From Octopus vulgaris (lineage: Eukaryota), in contig OX597843.1 in NCBI GenBank assembly GCA_951406725.2, forward strand, positions 18,662,001 to 18,726,000: a DNA stretch of 64,000 nucleotides. Reading direction: 5' to 3'. A program made the translations under genes and the position numbers. The first letter of the stretch is position 1, and every line of letters begins with the position of its first letter. The notes beneath the pieces are model-generated. The model worked only from the letters and a program-made list of their open reading frames with translations. It made no database searches and was not told where the DNA came from. Of the stretch, positions 40,472-53,109 are shown one piece after another.

Positions 40472-40865
40472 AGAGTGGTTGTATACTGTCAACATAGCGT
40501 GACAGTCCCTGAAGGGAATTACACCACCGCTGTTTAGCCCTAGGAAGCATCGACGCTTCCTGCCGGCTTTGACACAATTCCTGTGTCCTTATATTTGTGA
40601 AGGGGAGGCAAGTACCCCCACCAGCTAGGATTCACACCTGAGGACATGCATGTTTCTGGGTCTTAAACCGTCATCAGCCCAGGATAGTGAGGTCTGCTAG
40701 CAGACCTCACTAGCTGGGAGGGGGGTTGCCTCCCCTTCGTAAATATAAGGACACAGGAAATGTTGCAAAGCCGACAGGAAGCGTCGATGCTTCCTAGGGC
40801 TAAACAGCGGTGGTGTAATTACCTTACGGGACAGTCAGGTTATGTTGACAGTATACAACCACTCT
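40472..40865. mobile_element. Inverted-repeat hammerhead-bearing mini element
   Basis: Imperfect arms of about 156 bp (40472-40628 / 40710-40865); perfect 28-bp palindrome at 40685-40712; lies between (TA)n tracts. Confidence 0.85.
40637..40683 (-). ncRNA. Minimal type-I hammerhead ribozyme
   Basis: cctggg-CTGATGA-c-ggtt-taa-gacc-ca-GAAA-catgcatg-TC-ctcagg. Confidence 0.8.
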
Positions 40866-40926
40866 GTCGCTCCACCACCGCTCATGTCTCTTTGAGACAT
40901 TTAGAAATTTAATATTTCTAATTTAC

Positions 40927-41051
<125 letters not shown>

Positions 41052-41060
41052 TATGTATAC

Positions 41061-41501
41061 TGTTTACTCTTTTACTTGTTTCAGTCATTTGACTGCGGCC
41101 ATGCTGGAGCACCGCCTTTAATCGAGCAACTCGACCCCGGGACTTATTCCTTGTAAGCCCAGTACTTATTCGATCGGTCACTTTTACCGAACGGCTAGGT
41201 GACGGGAACATAAACACACGAGCATCGGTTGTGAAGCGATGTTGGGGGGACAGACACAGACATACAAACCCACACGCACACACACACACACACACACATA
41301 GACACACACACACACACACACACTTATATATATATATACATATATACGTCAGGCTTCTTTCAGTTTCCGACTACCAGATCCACTCACAAGGCTTTGGTCG
41401 GCTCGAGGCTATAGTAGAAGACACTTGCCCAAGGTGCCACGCAGTGGGACTGAACCCGGAACCATGTGGTTGGTAAACAAGCTACTTACCGCACAGCCAC
41501 T
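41061..41501 (-). mobile_element. Near full-length tRNA-derived SINE with internal (TG)n
   Basis: Head agtggctgtgcggtaag...gggttcagtcccact; tail gactgaaacaagtaaaagagtaaa. Confidence 0.85.
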
Positions 41502-41536
41502 ATATATATATAATTACGTATAACCATATATGTAGG

Positions 41537-41583
<47 letters not shown>

Positions 41584-41639
41584 ATGTGTGTATTTTGTTT
41601 ATTTTATATTTACATTTATATTTATTATTGTACTTTATA

Positions 41640-43650
41640 ATCTCTGACGAACCCTGGAGATATATACAAGTACCTCATTGCCATCATGCCGGTTTGAAGA
41701 AGCCCCTCGGTCCATCCGCAACCAAGTCAGCCCCTCTGAAGTCAACTACTGTAGATCTCATCAAGGACCAAAGCAAGCAAATGGATACATGCGTGGAGTA
41801 CTACCAGGATCTCTACTCACGGGAGACCACGGTAGCTGAGGCTGCAATCGAGATTGTCAAGATCTTGCCAGTCATATGCGAACTTGACAGTCCGCCATAT
41901 AGCAGAGCAATAGACGCCCTAGAAAGGGTATTGACTCCTTAGCAAGTAACAAGTCTCCGGGAAAAGATGGCATCCCCTCAGAGATCATCAAAGCCGGCAA
42001 AAACACCATTCTGCTTCGATAACCTTCATGAGCTTCTGTGTCAGCGCTGGGAAGAGGGTACAGTCTCTCGGGATATGCGGGATGCTAACATCATTACGCT
42101 TTAAAAAAACAAAGGTGACCGTGGTGATTATAACAATTACCGTGGAATATCTCATCTAAGCACTGTTGGAAAGTCCTTTGCTCGCGTTATCCTGTCCAGG
42201 CTACAACTGCTTGCTTCTCGAATTTATTCGAAAGCGCAGTGTGGCTTTAGAAGAAGCAGATCAACTATTAACATGATATTCTCCATACGCCAACTTCAGG
42301 AGAAGTCCAAAGAGCAGAAAATGCCATTATATATGGGCTTCATTGGTCTGACAGAAGCTTTTGACTTGGTAAATAGAAAAGGCCTCTTCATCCTGCTCCA
42401 AAAATCGGATGTCCACCAAAGCCGCTGAGGATCATCAAATCTTTCCATGATGATATGCAAGGCACCATACAATGGATCAACATCAGCCGCCTTCCAAATA
42501 AAAAACGGGGTAAAGCAAGGTTGTGTCCTTGCTCCTACATTATTTGGCATCTTCTTCTCGCTGCTGCTCTCACATGCCATTCAGGCATCAGATGATGGAG
42601 TGTTTCTACAGAGTAGAAGTGACGGAAAACTGTTCAATCTCTCGCGCCTTCGTGGTAAGACCAAAATCAGAAACGTCCTGATGATGCCGCTCTGGTATCA
42701 CACACAGAATCCCTACAAAGGCTCATCAACTGTTTTGAGCAAGCATGTAATGACTTTGGCTTAGTTATCAACCTCAAGAAGACGAACATCATGGGTCAGG
42801 CTACACCGGACATCCCAAACATACATATTGGAGACCACAGATTACAGGAGGTGGAGAAGTTTACCTATCTTGACTCTAGCGTCACCTACAACCTATCCCT
42901 TGATGCTGAGCTCAATATACGCATTGGCAATGCGCTGTGATGGCCCAACTCTCCAAACGAGCATGGGACAACAATAAGCTGACCAAGAACACAAAAATGA
43001 AGATTTGCCAGGCAAGTGTACTTAGCACTCTACTGTATGGATGTGAGACCTGGACGCCATCCAAACGCCAAGAGCGTCGCCTAAATATATTTCACCTGCG
43101 CTGCCTCCGGAAAATCCTTCGTATCAAATGGCAGAATCATGTCCCCAACAAAGATGCCCTCAACCAAGCAGGAATACCAGGCATGTTTGCACTCCTCACA
43201 CGTATGAGAGGGCTTGGACATGTTAGCCGTTTGAAGATGGCAGAATTCCCAAGGTCATACTCTACTGACAGCTTGCTAGGGGCACTAGGTCTGCGGGAAG
43301 ACTATTCTTACGATACAAGGATGTTTGCCAAAGGGACATGAAGGCCTAAACATCAATTTTAGCAACTGGGAAGATTGGCGACGTACCGTAAAAGAGGGAA
43401 CACAAAGGAGTGATAAAGAGAGGAGAAATGGAAAGACAAGAAAAGACATCAAAAAGAAACTATGACATTACAACCAGCCAGGAAAAGTCTTCGCTACTTT
43501 AGCGGCACCTGCCAGAGGGAGTGTTTGTCCAGGATAGGACTACACAGCCACAGCAGAAGATGTATTAGGATATGAAATGTAAAAGCCGGACTAGATTATT
43601 TTATGCGCAACTCCATTGTCTCTCGAGACAAAAAGGATGCCAACAACAAT
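41640..43650 (+). pseudogene. RTE-clade LINE, 5'-truncated ORF2 (RT) pseudogene
   Basis: KSPGKDGIP, KNKGDRGDYNNYRGIS, QCGFRRSRST, GVKQGCVLAPTLFGIF, LLYGCETW and CQRECLSRIGLHSH. 3' end ccattgtctctcgagacaaaaaggatgc(caa)n. Confidence 0.92.
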
Positions 43651-43736
43651 TATAATTATCAGTTTAACAAATAAATAAGTTAACATTTTTAACGTCTTAA
43701 AGAACCAACTATTATTCTCCTCCATTTTCTTATTTG

Positions 43737-43801
<65 letters not shown>

Positions 43802-43844
43802 CATACATACATACATATATATATATGTGTGTATATATGAGGAG

Positions 43845-45305
43845 GCAAAACTATTGCACCTAAATTTGAAAAACTTGTAATTGGTTTTAAATAACCTTAT
43901 TTACATACATACCAAACTAGTTTCAACAATATTTTGGGTTTATCAATGGTAAAAAATTTAAAATAATGAACGAGAAAAAACATGTTTCAATGTTTACAAG
44001 TTTCAGTAATATGAAATATAATTTAAATATTCATAAAGTTCAATAATATAAAAGATGTGGAACATCTTATTTAAAAGCATAAAATTCAAAAGATCGATAA
44101 GATATGTGGATCATCAGAGTTTCGGCCAAACAGAGTTAAGAAGGAGGAAAACAAGGGAGAAATAGAAATAGTGGAAAAAGGGAAATCTTTGAGGGCAGTC
44201 CCTGTGAATCATTTTCCGTCGTGTGCAAGGACTTTTGCTTGTAACGGTGTTTTTTGGAATTGGATGTATTTACAATTTTTCCCCTGAACCGATCTGATAT
44301 TTGATTCATTAACTTACAGGTGACGTCTAATTTTTTCTGGTGGGCAAGGTTGTGGTTCTGCCTGATTGACGTCCCTGTGGGGGACGGGCATAAGCCATTC
44401 CAGTTGGTTGATTCTCTTAAAGCGTCACTTTGTTGTGTTTGCTCAAGTTCGGTTCTGATCAGATATAAAATTTCAATGATTTACGTGACATCAGCAACTG
44501 GTGTTTATATGGTGTTATTGTATGGCGAATTGGATTTGCTATTTCGAAACCCGCGTTGAAGTCTGGTACTAAAGATTTTTGAATTATGTCTGTTGTATCT
44601 CGGGTTTTTATTGTGGAAAAATGGTTTCTTTTTCCTTTTTCTGTTTAGTGTTTAAACAGAGGTGAATAAGCGAGAATGAATTAAACGATATTCTTTATTC
44701 CATAACACTACCATTGTATATTGTTCAGATGATGTAATTAATATATAGCGCATGGTTCAGTGGTTAGAGCGTGGAGCTTACAATCGTGATGTTGTGAGTT
44801 CGAATCCCGGACCGGGCTGCGTGTTGTGTTCTTGAGCAAGACACGTTATTTCGCATTGCTCCAGTTCACTCAGCTGTAGAAATGAGTTGCAACATCACTG
44901 GTGCCAAGCTGTATCAGCCCCTTTGCCTTTCCCTTAGATAGAGAGGGGAGGCCGGTATGCATGGGCGACTGCTGGTCTTCCATAAACAACCTTGCCCGGA
45001 CTTGTGCCTGGGAGGGTAACTTTCCAGGTTGAATCCCACGGTCAGTCATGACCGACGGGGGTCTCAGCTCAATCCTTACCATCTATCGTAGGTGTAAAAT
45101 ATGTTTTTAGGTGAGTATTTCAATAAGTTCTACGTTAGATCATACTATCATTTCACAGACACATGTTCCACCTTTGAAGAATGGCAGAGATCACACAAGA
45201 TATTAACCATATCATCTCATCAATGGACTACGGGTGTGATGTATAGACACAATTGCAGGGATATGGAATAAAGAATGTCGTTGAAACCATCCGCTTATTC
45301 CTCAT
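43845..45305 (-). mobile_element. PLE-related module, copy 3 (more diverged)
   Basis: Collinear with 1590-2790; degenerate hammerhead at 43910-43951 with a perfect tacca/tggta stem I. Confidence 0.55.
44745..45065 (+). mobile_element. tRNA-derived SINE
   Basis: A box tggttcagtgg and B box agttcgaatcc; absent from the paralogs at about 2585 and 36015. Confidence 0.85.
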
Positions 45306-45306
45306 C

Positions 45307-45710
45307 ATGTATGTATGTATGTATGTATGTATGTATATATGTATATATGTATGTAAGTATGTATGTAAGTATGTTTGTAAGTATGTATGTAAGTATGTAT
45401 GTATGTATGTATGTTTGTATGTATGTAATGTATGTATGTATGTATGTATGTATGTACGTGCGTATGTATGTATGTATGCATGTATGTATATTTGCATGTA
45501 TGTATATATGTATGTATATTTGCATGTATGTATGTATATGTGCATGTATGTATGTATATATGTATATTTGCATGTATGTATGTATGCATGTATGTATGTA
45601 TGTATATTTGCATGTATGTATGTATGTATGTTTGCCTGTATGTATGTATATATGTATGTTTGCATGTATGTATATATATATGTATGTATGTTGGCATGTA
45701 TGTATGTATA
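45307..45710. repeat. Degenerate (TATG)n array with higher-order atttgcatg units
   Basis: Seen directly in the sequence. Confidence 0.95.
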
Positions 45711-45714
45711 TACC

Positions 45715-46005
45715 ATTCTTTCCTCTTTTAATTGTTTCAGTAAGTCGACTGCTTTGCAGCAGGAGTATCACATTGAAGTATGTAACTCGAACGAATCGAA
45801 CCCACTAACTATTCTTTTAAACCCTGGTACTTACCCTGTCGCCCGCTTATGCGAAATCGCTAACTGACGAGGAATTAAACGCACTAACATAGGTTGTGAA
45901 GAAGTAGTGAGTACAAACATAGAGACTAAGTCACACACACACTCGCACACATATGTATATTATATAAGTATATATTCTCGGTAATATGTATTGGGCTCTT
46001 TTTCA
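45715..46005 (-). mobile_element. Old diverged SINE remnant
   Basis: Weak collinearity with 41061-41365 (ttgtttcagt...gtactta...cgcta...ggttgt). Confidence 0.5.
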
Positions 46006-46350
46006 GGGAGGACGTTCGGGGAAAGTTTTTCACGACAACAATGCGACTATCACCTCACTCGTAAGTTTCTTGCCAAAACAACATGCTATCGCTTCTGCAC
46101 CTACCCCATTCGCCAGATGTACCACCTGCTGACTTGCATCTGTTCCTCAAGATGAAAAATCAGCGCAGAGGTCGAGAACTAGAGCGAACACCATTATCGA
46201 GATAAAGAGGTCCGCGAGCCGCCTATGGAAAACTAGGTCCAGGCCGGATTCCAAAAGTGTCAGAAAGGCTGGAGCAGTTGTATTATTGCTCAGGTAACAT
46301 AAGTTACTTTTATTAAACATTACTCGTTCAGGAACTTTATATATACGACG
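46005..46350 (+). mobile_element. mariner 3' half
   Basis: Aligns with 27275-27660; LHLPHSPDVPPADLHLF. Confidence 0.8.
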
Positions 46351-46837
46351 GGTTTCCTTCACTTACCCAATTAACCAACATAAACGGGTTTGTTCGGTTG
46401 GAGACCAGAGTACACGCAGAAGGACTGAATACAAAAGCAAAATTCTTATCACACAGCCATGCCAACGCCTAAGCGTATGCACACACACACACACACACAC
46501 ACATACGCACACACACACATACACACACACACACACACACACGCAGGCACCCATACACACATACACACACACAAACACACTACACACACATATGACGGAA
46601 ATGGGAAATGGATTTTACGAGATTCATTAATCATGACTGCCGTTTCAACCCGTCTTCAATCGGCCCCTCACGAACGAGATAATGGTCGATTGGCCGCGGT
46701 GCATCATTCTTTGTAGATGTTTCTCATCAGTTGACATTTGAAAATGTACTCTGATTAATAAACTCGGTTTCACTTGGTTCGGTTATAATGTATTTCGTTA
46801 GTTAATAATAATAATAATCATAATAATAATAATAATC

Positions 46838-46888
<51 letters not shown>

Positions 46889-47485
46889 CGAAGTAGAAGA
46901 AGAGAAGAATAAGAACAACAACAACAACAACAATAACAGCGAAGAAGTTTCCTCGGAAAATTTCGTAAATAAAATAATATCAAAAAACTTAACCCACTTA
47001 CAAGAAGCTTAAACTTGGAAGGTTTTGAAAGGATCCTTGTTGGATTGTTGTGATCTTATTCTCATTGAGAAATCTGAAAAATAAAACACAGTTCAAAAGA
47101 AAGAGTATTAAAAAGATTTCTTATAAAATATTAAATCTCGTATCTTTAGAATAAAAAGAGAACGATGAAGGAGAAAATGGCGGAGATGATGTTGATGATG
47201 ATGAGGAGGAGGATTGCGATGTTGATTGTAAATGTTGTAATAATGACGGGGAGAAGGAAAAATAATGATGATTATTATCGAAAACGATGACAAACGCTAC
47301 CGATTAATTGGTGATGACGACGTTGATTATTATGAGGTTCATAACGAAGGTGATGATGATTCTGCATGCTAGAAATAGCAGAGAAAATGGTGGAAGGAAA
47401 TAGTTATGATGACAAGATAAATTATAACGATTAGTGAATACGAAAATATGATTAGCAGAAGGACGATAAATATGATAGCGCTGAA

Positions 47486-47532
<47 letters not shown>

Positions 47533-47857
47533 CGATGATGATGATGATGATTATGATGAAAGATGTGATGAAGAAGGTGAAGGGAAATAAATCGTAGAAC
47601 GTATAGATATAGAGAAGTAGAAGAAGAAGAAGAAGAAGAAGCGAAAATGATTCATGAAGAGAGGAGACAGCAGTTGATTAAAAGCAGAATAACCAGAAAA
47701 TGATGAACAAGATGAATGTAGAGAAAAATTGTGAAGAAGACGATAAATGCAGGGAAAGAAGAAATATTAGAAGAAAAATAACGTGGAATATCAGAATGGG
47801 GAAACAAGTGGGAATAAAAGAATATAAATACAAATACTATACTCACACATCAAACAA

Positions 47858-47902
<45 letters not shown>

Positions 47903-48935
47903 TGGATGTACATACATACATCCACCTATATATACCTTATCAAACTCTGATGTATAAACGCACACACTGACTTCCAGGCCACACATATATTCCCACTTTC
48001 TTACACACAGGCAAACACAAATTGCAAGACAATATGAATTGTAGAAGAATGAGGGTAAATAAACAAGATAAGAGAGACATTTAGTTTGTGGAAATGACAT
48101 TGGCTGACATATCGAGATCTTATTATGAAGAAGATGACTAACATAAGAGAAAGTCTCCCGCCCCTAAGCCCTAGATCATCACCTAACCACCCTTATCCGT
48201 CTTGTTGCTTAACAACAACAACAGCAGCAGCAGCAGTTGTATAAGGAGGAGGAGGAGTAGTAGTAGTAGTAGTAATAGAAGAAGAAAAAGAAGAATGAGA
48301 AGAAGGAGGAGGAGGAGGAGAAGGAGAAGGAGAAGAAGATGATGATGATGTTAACGATGATGAGCAACAGCAACAGCAACAACATTAAAGCAACAATAAG
48401 AGAAGTGGCAGAAAATGTAGGAGCTGAAGAGGAGAATGATGTAAAAAATAAGGAGGAAACGAAGGAGTCTGTCATGAAGAAAACTTGAATATAATATTTC
48501 TGATCTTATAATAATTCTGCTTTTCATTATGTTAATTAGTCCGTCGGTAACGCTTTCTCGTGATTAGAGAAGAAGAGGGAGAACGAAAAAGAGCGAAAGA
48601 GAAATGTCCATGACCTGAGGTAGAAGGAACGTGACTGTAATGCTTTCACGTGATTAGTTGAATGGAATGAGAGACCAAGAGAAAGAAAAAGGAATGAGAA
48701 AACGAAAGTAAGTCGAATAGTGGGGCAGAAAAAGGGGGACAGGAAGAAAAGGGGAGAGAGAAAAGACCGAGGGAGAAAAGAGGGAGAGGACATATGGTAG
48801 AGGAAACGTAATATTTATTACGTGATGAAAAAGTTAGTTGAAGGTATGATAGTGAGGAGGGTTACGAATATAATTTTAGCAGAGCGGTGATGTTCTGATG
48901 GTGAGATTAAAGGAAGGCAGATAGGTCGATAAATA
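46255..48935 (+). repeat. Module S copy 5 (subtype B)
   Basis: Aligns with 15671-18480. Confidence 0.85.
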
Positions 48936-49030
48936 GAATTAGTGTTTTTATCCCCTATCACTTAGCGCATACTCATAAATGCCATTCTGTTAAATATTCG
49001 CACTTATTTTCAGTGTCATATCTAAGGCGA

Positions 49031-49064
<34 letters not shown>

Positions 49065-49067
<3 letters not shown>

Positions 49068-49267
49068 GGTCCCGGGTTGATTCGGGGTTAACCACAGTAA
49101 ATAAGGTACTCAATACATAGCAGAGTAAAATTAATTTATTATATAGAAGGAGCTTCTACAGGACTAGAACTGTTTCATTCAAGAGAAATCATCAGGAAGC
49201 ACAGGAGCTTCCTGATGATTTCTCTTGAATGAAACAGTTCTAGTCCTGTAGAAGCTCCTTCTATATA

Positions 49268-49273
<6 letters not shown>
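49065..49273. mobile_element. Perfect hairpin element carrying a hammerhead on both strands
   Basis: 67-bp perfect inverted repeat (49134-49200 / 49207-49273) with a 6-nt loop, inside (TA)n. Confidence 0.9.
49204..49258 (+). ncRNA. Type-I hammerhead ribozyme (mirror copy 49149-49200 on the minus strand)
   Basis: ggagcttc-CTGATGA-t-ttc-tctt-gaa-t-GAAA-cag-ttctagtc-ctg-TA-gaagctcc. Confidence 0.82.
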
Positions 49274-49307
<34 letters not shown>

Positions 49308-49311
<4 letters not shown>

Positions 49312-49740
49312 GAAATATTAAAATTACTAAGTCTCTATAATAGAGATTGCGGCAGCGTTTACTGGAAATTAATTGTTATCGCCATATTAATATGGCATTC
49401 TTATTATAGAGACTTAGTAATTTTAATATTTCTATTATTGAAAACAAGTGGATGTATTCCACTGGAACTAGGTAAATAGAAACCTTCGAACAGAGACATC
49501 AGTGGCGACACCTGCGGTCTGACTGCGCTACATTGACAAGGGACAATACCCCGAAACGCGTCTGTAGCTGTCGGACTGGCAGTGTGAAGCGGCTGACCTC
49601 CCTTGTTCGAAGGTTATAATGGATACAGATCGTGTATCAATAGCTATCTTGATGGCGGTGGCCTCATGGAGCTGACCAGCAGCAGCGATTATTCTTATAT
49701 CTATAAGAATGCCATATTAATATGGCGATAACAATTGATT
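49308..49740. mobile_element. Multi-inverted-repeat mini element with a decayed hammerhead
   Basis: IRs at 49308-49342 / 49402-49436 and 49371-49404 / 49703-49736. 49527-49568 reads gctaca-TTGACAA-ggg..ccc-c-GAAA-cgcg-TC-tgtagc. Confidence 0.75.
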
Positions 49741-50011
49741 ATATATATATATATATATATATATTACATTTAAGAAATATACGCATTATAATTAAAATAT
49801 ATATATTTCAATTAAAATAAAGTTGGACACAGTAAATTCCATCTCTACAAGATCCCGGTTGATGTTGTTACTTCTTCTCATACATTCTGCCGTTGGTTGT
49901 GCTTCTGTTACGGTGAGATAGAAATTCGCAGTTTACGGTTATTTGATCCTTGTTCCAAAGCTGTGCTTATGATATAAGCAAATTACAAAATTTGACTGAA
50001 CAATGGATAGA

Positions 50012-50333
50012 TAAAGAAAGGAGAAGACCGAAAGGGGGTAAGAACAAATGGAATTTTGTGACGTATTCTAAGAACAAGGAAGTGGAGAAACAAATCGTAA
50101 AGTTCAGGCACATCATAAGATAAATTTGTCCAATTATGTGTACCAAGAGAATGTAAAGGTCATTGTTGTCGATAGGGAAACCTATAGGAAACTTAGAGAT
50201 ATGAGCGGGGATTGAATTGACCCGGCCAGAGCGTTGGTGGCTTTCAACGCGCTGCCACCAGTAATTGATCTGTTAGAACTGGAGCCGTATATGAGACGTT
50301 AAAGGGGGGGAAAAGGAATATAAGAAAGAAAAA
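50012..50333 (+). mobile_element. 3' end of the ORF1-only retroelement, copy 4
   Basis: Aligns with 37656-37974. Confidence 0.75.
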
Positions 50334-50392
50334 CGTTTCATATTTGTGTCTTATTTCGCAAGGCGACTTTTCCGAAGGAAATTAATTTATTA

Positions 50393-52415
50393 CTCAGGTA
50401 GTATAAGTTACTTTTATTAAACATAACTCGGTCGGCAACTTTATGATACCACTTCGTATATATACGACAAGTTACCGTGTACCCAATTAACTAACATACA
50501 CGGGTGTGTTCGGTTGAAGACCAGGGTACACGCAGAGGGACAGAATACAGAAGCAAAATTGGTATCACACAGCCATACCAACGTCTAAGCGTATACTCAC
50601 ACACTCACGCACACACACACCTAGACATGCACACACACATACACACACATGAGGGAAATGGAAAATTGATTTTACGAGATTCGTTAATCACTACGGCCGT
50701 TTCAGCCCGTCTTCCATCGGTACCTCATACATGAGATTCTGATCGATCGGCCACAGTGCATCTTTCTGTGCAAATGTTTCTCATCAAGTGACGTTTCAAA
50801 AACCACCTCGCTCAATAAACTCGGTTTCACTCGGTTCGATTATTATGTATTTCGTTATGTTAAGAAGAAGAAGAAGAAGTAGAAGAAGAAGAAGAACAAC
50901 AACAACAACAACAAAATCAGTAACAAAAAGCACCTTGCTCGATAAACCCGGTATCGCTCGGTTCGATTATAATGTATTTCGTTATGTTATGAACAACAAT
51001 AGCAACAACAACAACAACAACAACACAATCAGTAACAACGAGGAAGTCGATGATGAAGAAAAGATAGTAGCAAGAAAACAGACAAGTTGGACAATCAAAA
51101 CAATATGACAATTACGAATGAGGATAGAAATGACAATAAAAATATATCAACGTAAGTAATATCACTACACACACAGACAAACGTACGAGGGACACACCAA
51201 ACATTGTCTTATATTGTGGACGACTGACTACTCTAACATCCTTCCTAAAGAAATTGAAACGGCATAAGCAGTCATCACACTGGAGAGTTTGACCAAATTG
51301 CCCCAGCTGTGGCTCACTGTACAAATAGAAAATGACGACTACAGACTTCAGCACGTCATGTAATTGTAGAGTTTAAAATAACTCATATCAATGAAGCAGC
51401 ATCTCAAAAAAGTGAGAATGAATATATTTCTATACATTCTTTTCTTGAAGTGAGTATAACTCTGCATAAATATATATTTCATAATATACCCACCTGTAGA
51501 CACAAATGCAAACATAGATATTCATGTGTATTCGTACACTCATACACAAAATATTAGACATTAATGCTGACACATACAGACACAAACAATTGCAGAGACT
51601 TTCATACACACTCCAACACCAATATGGTATCGGAATATACGCTAGAGATACAGAGAGAAAAAGAAAGATAAAAATTTCGTAAATAAAATAATATCAAAAC
51701 ACTTAACTAACTTACATTTTCTGTAAACTTGGAAGATTTTCAAATACTCCTGGTGGTATGGTTGTGATCTGATTCTCTCCGAGACCTCTGAAAAATAAAA
51801 CACAGTTCAAAAGAAAGAGTATTAAAAAGATTTCTTATAAAATATTAAATCTTGTATCTTTAGAATCATATTAAGAAAGAAAGGACGAGTATAAAATGGC
51901 CGAGATGATGTTTATGTTGATGATGAGGAGGAGGGGGATGGCGATGTTGATGGTAAATGTTGTAATAAGGACGGCGAGGAGGATTCGGGGGATAATGATG
52001 ATGATTATTATGGAGAACGACGAGAAAGGCTTCGATGAATTGGTGATGACGACGTTGATTATTGCGATGTTCATATCGAAGGTGATGACGATCTTATAAT
52101 AATTCTGCTTGTCATTATGTTAATTAGTCCGTCGGTAACGCTTTCTTGTGATTAGAGGAAAAGAAAGAAAGTGAAGTGTCGATGATATGAGGTAGAAGGA
52201 ACGTAACTGTAACGCTTTCACGTGATAGGTGAATGCAAAGAGAGACCAAGAGAAAGAAAAAGGAGTGAGAAAAAGAGGAAGAGGGCATGTGGTAGGGGGA
52301 ACGTAATATCTATTACACGATAAAAAAAGTTAGTTGAAGGTAGTGATATTGAGGAGGGTTAGGAATATAATTTAGGTAGAGGGGTGATGTTCTGATGGTG
52401 AGATTAAAGAAAAAC
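50393..52415 (+). repeat. Module S copy 6 (subtype A)
   Basis: Aligns with copies 1 and 4; also carries a block shared with copy 3 (about 51480-51560). Confidence 0.85.
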
Positions 52416-52416
52416 A

Positions 52417-52453
<37 letters not shown>

Positions 52454-53109
52454 GTATGTGTGTATGTGTGTGTGAATATATATATATATATATCAGTAGA
52501 TAAAAAGGGAGGCTAAGAGAGATGGTGGTAGTGGTGGTGGGTGTGGTGGTAGTAAGTATTTTAAATCCCCTATCACCTGACACATGATCAGAAATGCAAT
52601 TTCATGAAATATTAACACTTATATACAGTGTCATATGTACGGCGTATAATTATATTACAATTAAATATATATTATAATGAAAGGCGTTACAATTTTTCCT
52701 CAAGCAATGAAATAGCTGCACCGTGAAAACAGAGACATTCTTGTCTATCCATGGAATTCACCTGCGGAGTGAATCGCGTAGACATTGTGCCATCTAGTCC
52801 CAATGAGTTATCTACTTCTATTTCCTCATGGAAAGTCCGGATGGCACTGTGAGATTCATGAGGTAGAAGGAACGTAACTGTAACGCTTTCACGTGATAGG
52901 TGAATGCAAAGAGAGACCAAGAGAAAGAAAAAGGAGAGAGAAAAAGAGGAAGAGGGCATGTGGTAGGGGGAACGTAATATTTATTACACGATAAAAAAGT
53001 TAGTTGAATTAGTGATATTGAGGTGGGCTAGGAATATAATTTAGGTAGAGGGGTGACGTTCTGATGGTGAGATTAAAGGAAAACACACATATATATATAT
53101 ATATATATA

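Noticed and set aside
44745-44815. tRNA gene
   Set aside because: It has A and B boxes but no complete acceptor stem and continues into a SINE body.
45228-45867. Overlapping 100-200 aa MYVC/HTYI ORFs
   Set aside because: Artefact of the stop-poor (TATG)n array.
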